The notes under the pieces were generated by a model. It did no database searches, was not told the DNA's origin, and saw nothing but the letters and a program-made list of their open reading frames with translations. From NCBI GenBank assembly GCA_002269645.1, contig NIVC01001540.1:1-64000 (forward strand): 64,000 nt of DNA, read 5' to 3'. Shown piece by piece: positions 1 through 9,500 of this stretch (positions are counted from its first letter, which is position 1; each line of letters opens with the position of its first letter). Both the position numbers and the translations under genes were made by a program. This stretch comes from Macrostomum lignano. Its lineage: Eukaryota.

Positions 1-1045
1 AACTACAAAGGAATTTTATTTGCAAGTCAATAAACCGGTATCATATTAATTTATTCTCGCACACCTTTTTTGTCTTCGTATCTGTCATTTCGACCGGCTC
101 TCCAAGCACAGCGGAAGGCGAAGTTTGAACAAAATCTTGAGTGCTTATTGTAATGAAAGAAATTTTTAAAGTCACTTTCATCTGGCAGGCAGAAAACGAG
201 ACAGGTTACGCCCAAGGACCACTATCAGTATATCCTTGGATAGCAGGGTCCTTGGTCCTTGGTTACGCCCTTGATAACTGCACGAAGTTTGATTGAAGTT
301 TTGTTAATATTTGTCTTGTAGCAAACAGCTGAAAATGCAGTGTGTTTTTTTCAGCGGGAAAAATACTTAAATGTACAAACGCTCGTTTGACTATAGAGTA
401 GACCAACATGGTGTCTGTGCACTCTTCGATAATGTAGCATTGTCTGCGCTAGGAAGGACAAGTGTCAGGCCTTCTCAGTGCTGACAGCTGGAGCCTGTCA
501 GTGCAAGCTGTTCCTGTTCGATGCGTGCAGTCACCGTGTGCAGTCTGTGCCGAGCTGCACTCATCAGGTGACTGTGTATGTGAGGTCTCTGCCCGGCGTA
601 CCTCCGGCTCGCCTGTGTCCGTCCGGATGCGAGAACGCGAGATACGGCTCATTGTACGTGTATATTCAAGCTTGTCAAGGATGAGCTGATCGCATAGGAT
701 GTCTAATAGTATGGCTTACTTGTTGTGGCTTCAAAGTGTGCTTACAGCGTACTCATTAGTTGACTTGACTACTAAAAAGAATAAACTTAAAGCCAAGGAA
801 AATTGTTTCAGTTCGCTAGAATAAGCCAAAGCGTGACCAACTGAATCCAGTATTGCTATAGTATTTCCGCACTCTAATTTTGCATACATGGGCTGGCTTT
901 TCGACTCGATGTGGCCACTCAGAAGGCTGCACCAGAGTCCATATAATTGCTTCCTGAGCTCCGAGAGCAGATAAATTCTAACTGAGATAGGTCGTTTGAA
1001 ACTAAAGGGAAATTTTGCAGTCATTTTTGTTAAAATTGTCGCTGC

Positions 1046-1915
1046 ATGGCTGACACTCTGGTGAAAGTTGGTCTCGCCTGTTTACTATTTTCGTTGGTCC
1101 TCGTTGCCGTTCTTTTGCCAGCATGCTGCTTGATGCGTCGCAGGCGCCGGGCTCAGTCGCAGCAGCATTTGCAGCAGTCCGATGAGCAGCAGCGGTCGGT
1201 CTGGCCAGGCCGCGTGTCTGTGCTGGCAGCCGGGGCGCTGCTATCTGTTGGCCTGCTGGACATGTTCCCGGATGCGGCCGAAGAGCTCAAACCGATGGGC
1301 AACGCCAGCCGGACACTGGCGCACAGTCTAGCCCTGGCCGGACTGTCTCTCGTGCTGGTTGTTGATCGTCTTGCTTCGGCGCGCTTCAGCCGCTCTGCTC
1401 TGCTGGCCACGGCGCTGTCCGTTCATTCTCTGTTCGAAGGCGTAGCGATGGGGGTCGCACCGCAGCCAACCAAACTGGCCGCCTACTTTGTAGCCATCGC
1501 GCTGCACAAACTGGTGGTGGCCGCCAGCCTTGGCATCGAGCTGGCCACCTCCAGCGTACCCATCCGCAACCTGCTGGCCTGCGCGCTCGGCTTTGCGCTC
1601 GCCAGTCCCGTTGGCATAACTCTCGGACTGCTCCTGACGACCAGCCTCGAGTCCCGACCGCTCTCTGCCGGACTGGCTAGCGGAGTTCTTCAGTCCTTGG
1701 CTAGCGGCACTTTTCTCTATGTGGCTCTGTTTGAAATCCTGCCGCGAGAGTTTGGCTATTGCTTTGAGTCTGCCGAGTCGGATGGACCCGATGGCACTGA
1801 GCAGGGCAGCGCCGAGCCGGAAGGCCACCGACACGGCAAACTGCTGTTCCTGGCACTCGGGTTTGTTGCCGTTTCATCCTACGAGCTGATGGAGCGGGCG
1901 ATACTGACGCCGTAA
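1046..1915 (+). CDS. ZIP (SLC39, ZIP1/2/3-like) zinc/iron transporter, single exon, 289 aa
   Basis: Multi-TM ORF with ZIP motifs: TM2 LLDMFPD, TM4 ALSVHSLFEGVAMG, TM5 IALHKLVVAASLG, TM7 SGTFLYVALFEILPRE. Confidence 0.92.
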   Translation: MADTLVKVGLACLLFSLVLVAVLLPACCLMRRRRRAQSQQHLQQSDEQQRSVWPGRVSVLAAGALLSVGLLDMFPDAAEELKPMGNASRTLAHSLALAGLSLVLVVDRLASARFSRSALLATALSVHSLFEGVAMGVAPQPTKLAAYFVAIALHKLVVAASLGIELATSSVPIRNLLACALGFALASPVGITLGLLLTTSLESRPLSAGLASGVLQSLASGTFLYVALFEILPREFGYCFESAESDGPDGTEQGSAEPEGHRHGKLLFLALGFVAVSSYELMERAILTP

Positions 1916-2334
1916 CTTCTCTAGTAGTTTACGAGATTTTTTCGAGCGTACAAAAGATTTCGATTTCATCCCAGTTTGTATTGAAATAAACTCTCAATTG
2001 AGTTGATAATCTTTTATGCTGGTCAATACGATTAGTTACTAAGTTTTGTGGTAATTGTAACATTATTTTAACTGCCCTGCACTCTTGGGTTATGTTGTGA
2101 TGTATTTGCCTCTTTTCTTTGAGAGTTATAAAATTTTTGCAAGCACTGTACTAAGTCGAATAATTTAATTTTTAATTAAACAATTTTTGAAATCGGATCA
2201 ACTGAAGCATAAAATATAAGGAAACCAATTACAGTTTTATTCTAACATAGGACAGAGCACCAGATAAACTCTTCAAATACACAAGTCCGCAAGTACACTA
2301 TGCGAGAGTCCTAATGCCCGCGGCAGCTCAGCAC

Positions 2335-2847
2335 TCAGGGGAAAGCCTCGTGGTCGAACACGTACTCTCCGATTCCGGTGCCCACCCTATTGAGTTGCGT
2401 GATGAAGGCGGAGATCTTGGCAATCGCGTCAACCTGCTCGCCGAGGAACTCTCCCTCTAGGAAGTCGGTGAGATGCGCGTCATCGTGTTTCGAGGTGACC
2501 TTGTGCAGGTCCAACAGGCTCTGGTTGACGTCCCTCTCCAGCTGCAGCGCGTCCTCCATCGCCTCCAGCATGGAGCCCCAAGCGTGCTTCTTCGGCCTGT
2601 TCACGTTGTCCAACACGACGGAGCCGCCTCGCTCGTTGATCAGCTTCATCAGCTTCTCGGCGTGCTCTCGCTCATCCGAGGACTTCTTGGCGAAGTAGGC
2701 TGAGATGCCGGGCAGGGCGACATCGTCGCGACTAAAGTAAAAGCTCATGCTCTGGTAGGTATACGACGCGAACAGCTCCATGTTCACTTGCTTGTTCAGC
2801 GCCGCCTCGCTCTCCTGGTGAAAGTTCTGTCTGATTCGGCTGCTCAT
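2335..2847 (-). CDS. FTH1-like: Ferritin, H-type (ferroxidase), single exon, 170 aa
   Basis: IRQNFH..NKQVNMELFASYTYQSM, DEREHAEKL, LERDVNQSLLDLH, EFLGEQV. Residues equivalent to E27, Y34, E62, H65, E107, Q141 are present; E61 is D. No signal peptide. Confidence 0.96.
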   Translation of the reverse strand: MSSRIRQNFHQESEAALNKQVNMELFASYTYQSMSFYFSRDDVALPGISAYFAKKSSDEREHAEKLMKLINERGGSVVLDNVNRPKKHAWGSMLEAMEDALQLERDVNQSLLDLHKVTSKHDDAHLTDFLEGEFLGEQVDAIAKISAFITQLNRVGTGIGEYVFDHEAFP

Positions 2848-3169
2848 GACTGCCGGCTCTGCCGGGCGAGACTGGGTTTTGATTGACTTTCTTGCGCTGT
2901 CTGCAAACAGCTGTCGAATTTATGCGCTCGGCTACGCAATGATCAGTCGTATTCGAGCCGAGCTGAGGCGCTTAGAATTATCATCACCAAGGCCAATGAA
3001 AAAAGTTAATCTCAGAAAGATGCTCAAACTGATCACAACTTGAGATGGGATGTGCTGAACAATAGAAGCCCTGGGTTATTATCTGTCATTACATTCATTA
3101 TCGATTAGTTCAACTAGTTCACTCATGCCTCACCGAAATAGTACATTTCCACAGCTTTCTTCGAAGATC

Positions 3170-3579
3170 TGATGTAGACTTGCGGTCGACATGGCCCACT
3201 GGGGACTCAGTCTAACCGCCGAGCCGGCCTAGTCCGCCCATGAGACCTCAAGCTAGCCGGCCAACTAGCCAGCCAAATCATCCGCGCCGAGTCCTACTGT
3301 CCGCAGCCGGTGCAGAATGTGCTGCTGCTGACGATGCGCAGGCACCCTGGCGCAAACTCGGCGTTTCGTCGAGCTGCCTGCTGGCTGACGCGGGCGCCCG
3401 GATTCGGTCGGTGACACGGCCTGTGTTTGCGCCCTAGCCAAGAGGCGCGCTGTGACTCTGACTATGTTTTATAAGTCTAACTGACAGCTTATTTTGTTGT
3501 TATTATTGTTGTTGTTATTTGAGTGTTTTAGAGAAGCGAAAATTCAAAACAACCAGTTCGGGTGAATTTTAAGGTAAGG
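3170..3579 (+). promoter_or_regulatory. GC/CpG-rich island, putative promoter and non-coding first exon of BTBD7, ending at donor AAG|GTAAGG (3574)
   Basis: Local CpG-rich stretch with no convincing ORF. Donor-like site at 3574; unpaired acceptor TTTGCCTTTAG at 6572 just upstream of the BTBD7 ATG. Inference. Confidence 0.35.
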
Positions 3580-5432
3580 GTTGACCACTATATTAAAATG
3601 ATAAAATATGCCAAAAATGTACGGAACTCGAAGGTATTTGACAGGATTTTTCCTGGGTGGGTGCACGTGACGGACCATAATATCTTCGATGTATAGGTCT
3701 TCAATGCCTATAGATAGGTGTGTATAGTTTCATCCGGTGTTAGGGTGACCACGGGGAGACCGTGACGCAACATATTACTTGCGTTGTACTCCCACCAGAG
3801 AACGCAGCATAAATTAGAGCTTTAAAATCTCTGGTGCCTTGTGATCTCCTATTACTCCTAAGGACACTATGCAGAGTCAGATAAATTTTTTTTCAAAAAA
3901 AATTCAGATGAGTTTTTAGTCACTGACCCTTCCCCTCTTAACTTTCAAAGCACAGATAGATCTGTTAGGGAATTGATCACCTTTGAGAGATCTTTACAGT
4001 GTGCTATGTACACAGCTAGTGCTCACTTGTCAAATGAGTATATATCATACAACAAACAATTCAAAACTATATAATTCGCCACTTGCTTTGCATCGTCGTT
4101 CAAAAGGCCTAATAATTATGGCAAATTTCTGTATACCTGCTCAATGGTGAGCATATCAGTTTGGCAACTTGAAGCGTCGAAGCGTTGGAGTAAAAAGCAC
4201 TAATACAGCTGTCCATAATGGCTGACAGTAATGTAATATTAAAAATAAAGCAATAAATTGTAGTAAGAGAAAATCTGGCAAAAACCAGAACATATTCTTT
4301 GATTTTAAACACCTTTTGTTATACTCTTCTTTTCCAAGAATAATTATTTATAAGAACCTATTTGACTGCACTAAATATTTAATATATAATGTTTCAGATC
4401 GATCGAGAAAATTTTTTGAAATTTTGTGAAAATAAGCCTTCACATTATTATCCACTTTATCAATTATCAATAACACTTATCAATAACTCTGATATTTTAG
4501 GCGTTATAACAAAATTATCATTACTTTTTGACTGACCCTCGTAGACATGGCTACCTTGTCTCTAAATGTGGCATTTTGTATTATAAGTAATTCGTTTCAA
4601 ATCTATTATTGTATTAGTATTTATGAATATGATTGATTAAATATGATAATTTATATAACTATAGCTTTTATATTGCTAATTACTGGTAGAAATAGAGTAG
4701 ATATAATAAAGATTCAATGTTATGGCCATCTTGGTGAGTGGCCATCTTGGTCTTATACCATTATATCAATAGTAGTTTAAAGCTCTTAGGCTCTATCCTG
4801 CCTTTGATTAACAAATATTAAAGACCATTATCCTAAGTCCTAGGTTTTTTGTGCCAAATGGTTGCCATGATACCTCAAAATTTTGTTTGGCACCTTGAAT
4901 TAGACCTATATTGCCAAAATGGCACCATAAATTTTTAGGCCTGCTGCTGCCAAGAAATTAATGTACTTTTATAATAGAGTAAAGATGACATCATTGAAGT
5001 GTAGTGTATATATTACTGCATAGGTAATATATTATCTCAATACTTATATAGGAAAAAGTTGAATGAGTAATAATAAGTAATATTAATGTCTAACAATATT
5101 TTACATTTTTTCTAGGAATTTTCAGGATTAATGATAAGGATTAATATAAAAAATTAGCATTGAATAATTAAGTTAAACATTTTGATGAGTACTAATTGGC
5201 ACCCTGATTTCTGATTTAGCACCCTGATTTTGGATTAAAGTGCCAAATACCACTCAATTTTTACAAAAAAACTAGTCTAAGTCTAAGATGATTAAAGATT
5301 TAGTAGAGAAAAGTTAAGCCTTGTAAACTCTTTATGAAGTAATATAGTATATAGTATAAAGATAGTGATATATAATATATCACTTCTTTTTGAGCATTTT
5401 GATTTTATAAGAGTTTAGAATTTTAATATCAT

Positions 5433-5868
5433 TAATTAATGGCAGTTGTTATTGTTACGGTGACTGTATAAACAACAAAACGGTTATTTTTATGGTTAAC
5501 GCATAAGATACTATGTGGGCCTATGGTCTTTACTTAATGTAACCATATAAATAGCAAAACTTATTTTTATGGTCACCATAGATGGGAAGCAAAATGGCTA
5601 TTTTTATGGTCATGTGGAAGAAATTTCTGTTAAATTACAAGGTAATAGTAACAATTACCTAAAGTAAGCTACCATGACAAGAACCACTAGAAGTTACCAT
5701 GGTATTTATTAATAAAACGTTTCTTTATTTTTTAAATTCAACTATCATAGTATTTGCATAGCAAGTTCATCACTTCATTTAGATGGTACTTGTTTTAAGT
5801 GTTAACCGTAAAAATAACTGTCTCGCTATTTATACGGTCACCATAACAATGACAACTGCCTAATTAAT
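5433..5868. mobile_element. MITE of about 420 bp (5441-5860) with 62-bp TIRs starting GGCAG and an 8-bp flanking direct repeat TAATTAAT
   Basis: 5441-5502 matches the reverse complement of 5799-5860 at 52/62 positions. TAATTAAT lies at 5433-5440 and 5861-5868, but an AT-rich match could be partly chance. Confidence 0.75.
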
Positions 5869-6587
5869 ATAACTTTTACTAATGTCATTGAAACTAAAAT
5901 CTAGTAATAAATATATTTAAAAAATACTTTTATCACCTATTGATTAATGATAAAATTATATAACTTATCTACAAGACCAGAAACCATAGTAAAAAGTTGT
6001 TAGTCTTTAGTTACTTGGGTCAAAATTTAAGGTAAAAAAAGTAAAAATTCCAAAAATCTATTAAACAAAATGTTAATATTTTTACTTTCATCTTTTATAT
6101 TACTAAGCCTATCTGACTTATAGAAGTTGAAAAAGACTATAAACTCCATGTTTATATATTCAAATTTGATAATTGATAGAAGTCTTAAGAATCCCAAGAC
6201 CTATAATTATTGAATTATTAAAATCTTGAACTTAAGTAGTATCCAAAGTGCCAATTTGGTATCTTAGATCCAATGTTAGAATGTCAAAATTAAGGTTAAT
6301 ATATCATGATGCATGTTATGATACAACAAACTTAGTCTAAGACTATGCAAAATGTCCAATTTTTCATTTTAAAGAGAGCACTTGGGCTGATGGAGAAAGG
6401 GCAGAGAGAGTAATGTAAATAGTATAAATAGTATTTACAGTGTCTTAATTCAACCAAAGATGGCTATTCTAAATTTTCAGATGTACTCTAGTTAACATTT
6501 GCACTTTTATTTAAGAGCTAGAAGAGCAATAAGTTCTCCTAGGCCAACTGACATTGTGCAGTTTGCCTTTAGACAGCTGCCCACCAA

Positions 6588-9500
6588 ATGGGGGCCGCTC
6601 CATCTGCTCTGACTGACTCGAGCTCCGCTTCGTTAGGACAGTTTGGTTGCCATGGCAACAGCTCAGAAAAGAGCCAGCCGTTGTCGACTGGCTCGGCGAA
6701 TTCCTTTGCGCCGTCCGGTCACAGCCGCCAATCGTCGTCTTCCTCGTCGGCGACGGCCCGTCTGCAGCAGACGCTGAAACGGCGAGTCGCCTGGCTTCGG
6801 CGACGATCTTCGCCGGATCCGGCCAAGCAATTTCGCGCCTTCATCGCCGACTGGAGCTCCGCCGATCTGCGCGTCTTGCTGGACGAATTTGAGGCGCTGC
6901 ACGCGCTTAAAGATGCTCATCTGGGCGCTGCGGCAGCGAGGCCGCAGTGCAGCAGCCTGTGCCAGGACCTCGGCTGCCTGCTGCGCACCGGGCTCGGCTC
7001 CGACACTCGCCTGATCCTGGGCGGTGTCGCCTTCCCTGTCCATCGGGCGGTGCTGGCCGCTAGGAGCAACTTCTTTGCTAGGCTGTTTGCCAACGGCGAG
7101 GACTATGACTCGGCCGCAACTGGGGGCGCTGGTGAGCTTTTTTGTGTTCCGATGATAGGGTGACCTTTATTGACCCCGAATACAGTGACCCTAATTGACC
7201 TGATTACAGGGTGACCCTAATTGACCCCGATTACAGGGTGACCCTAATTGACCCCGATTACAGGGTGACCCTAATTGACCCCGATTACAGGGTGACCCTA
7301 ATTGACCCCGATTACAGGGTGACCCTAATTGACCCCGATTACAGTGGCCCTAGGTGACCCGATTATAGGTTGACCTTAATTGACATCTATGACAGTGACT
7401 CCGATTACAGGGTGACCCTAATTGACCCCGATTACAGTGGCCCTAGGTGACCTGATTACAGGGTGACCTTAATTGACCCCGGTTACAGGGTGACCCTAAT
7501 TGACCCCGCTTGCAGGATGATCCTAATTGACCCCGATTACAAGGTGACCCTGATTTTAGCTGATAACAAAGTGAATTTGATTGACCCCGCGGGACTCCAG
7601 CTGGGTGACTTCGAGCTGTAACGAGGATTCAACTTGTACAATCGTCAAAACGCTTGTACAAGAATCTGATATAAAGGACATTAACTGTGCACTCAACGCC
7701 ACCACCCCATTCCATAGATTACCCACTGGACCTGTGCGTCCCTGGCGGCCTCGACCCCGAGCTGCTCCGGGCCCTCCTGGCCTACCTGTACTGCGGCGAG
7801 GTCAGCCTGGCCCGCCTCAGCGCACCGGCCACTGTGGCCGCCCTTTGCCACGAGCTCGGCGCCCCCGGCCGTCTGTCCGACGATTTAGCCCAACTGTTGG
7901 ACACCGGCCACCTGGCCGACTGCGTGCTAATATTTGAGGAGGCCGAACCGCGGGCGAGGCGAATCGAGCTGCCCTGCCACCGGGCCCTGCTGGCCTGTCG
8001 ATCGCCGTTCTTTGCCGGCGTTGTCGAGAAACGCCTGGCCGCCGCCAGGAGGCACCGACGCCGGCGCCTTGTCCGCTGCGCGGTTCACGGCGGCGGTGAC
8101 GGCGTCGGCGATGCTCAACTGGCGGAGCCGCCTTTGGCGCTGGTGCTCGACGAGGCTGTGCTGCCGCGCCGCCTGGCGCCGGCTATGCTGACCTGCCTGT
8201 ACACCGACCGCCTGCCCGACTGCCTGGCACTGCGGGTGAGTCTTTGTTTTTGGCTTTTGAAGTTGTCTTTGTTTTGGCTTTTTGGGTAGTCTTTGTTTTG
8301 TCTTTTGAAGTAGTCTTGGTTTCGGCTTTTGAAGTAGCCTTGGTTTCAGTTTTTGGAGTAGTCTTTGTTTTGTCTTTTAGAGTAGTCTTTGTTTTGACTT
8401 GTGAAGTAGCCTTGGTTTCAGTTTTTGGAGTAGTCTTTGTTTTGTCTGTTGGAGTAGTCTTTGTTTTGCATTCGGGTAGATTGGGTTGCTCGTTCCGCAG
8501 TTACTTAGCCGGTAGTATCAGTGACCCTCTGTCTGCTCATGCCCAGGACCTGATGGATCTGCACGAGATTGGCCGTTTCCTTGAGCTGCCCTGTCTCACC
8601 CGGGCTAGTGAAGACCTACTGGTGGAGTCCCTGTGCCCGGACACCCTGGTGCCTGTCCTGGACTGGTCCGGCGCCGGCACCGGTTCTGCCTGGGTCCACC
8701 GACAGGCGCGCCTGTTCCTGTGCGAGGAATTCGCCGCGCTAGCCGTCCAAGCGCCGCGTGTGCTGACTCAGCTGAGCCGCCGGGAGCTGCTGGCCGCTCT
8801 GCGGTCCGACTTTCTACAAGCGGCCGAGTCTGACGTGCTGAGCGCCCTCATCGCCTGGGGCGAGGCGCAGGTGGCCGCCAGGGCTGCGGAAATTGTCGCG
8901 GGTATGTCTACGGGATGGACCCTGGATGCTGTGGTTTGGTGACCCTAAATGACCCTGGGATGATGTGGTTCGGTGACCCTAATTGACCCTGGGATGCTGG
9001 GTTCGGTGACCCTAACTGACCCTGGATCTGGGGTTCGGTGACCCTAACTGACCCTGGGATGCTGTGGTTCGGTGACCCTAACTGACCCTGGGATGCTGTG
9101 GTTCGGTGACCCTAACTGACCCTGGGATGCTGGGGTTCGATGACCCTAATTTACCCAGGGATGCTGTGGTTCGGTGACCCTAATTAACTCGAAGATTCTC
9201 GGGTTTTGAAACCCTAATGGACCCTAGGATGTCGGAGTTCGGTGACCCTAACTGACCCTTGAATGCTTAGTTTCGGTGGCTCTAATTGACCCTATGGCTC
9301 TGCGAGGTTTCTGTGACCTTAAATAACCCCAGGATTTTATGGTTCGGTCACCCTAATGACCCGAAGATTCCCGGGTTTGATGACCCTAACAGACCTTAGG
9401 ATAGAATTTCAATGGTTTGTATGACCTTAACCATAGGCAGACGGATGGCCGTTTTCGTCCATTCTGTCTACCTCCAAGCTAGACGGCATAAAATCAATCT

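Noticed and set aside
449-1024. Short ORFs 449-652, 462-689, 478-684 and 731-1024
   Set aside because: No recognisable motif, and the candidate acceptor at 354 leads to early stops in all frames. They could be degenerate coding or TE sequence but cannot be supported.
2848-3060. Iron-responsive element in the ferritin 5' region
   Set aside because: No CAGUGN loop (CACTG on the plus strand) was found upstream of the ATG; a non-canonical IRE cannot be excluded by eye.
3240-3437. 65-aa ORF in the GC-rich island
   Set aside because: No domain signal; better explained as promoter or 5' UTR sequence.
5190-6300. Possible larger inverted-repeat element enclosing the MITE (5190-5255 vs 6232-6295)
   Set aside because: Similarity is visible only if many transitions and an indel are allowed; not supportable without alignment statistics.
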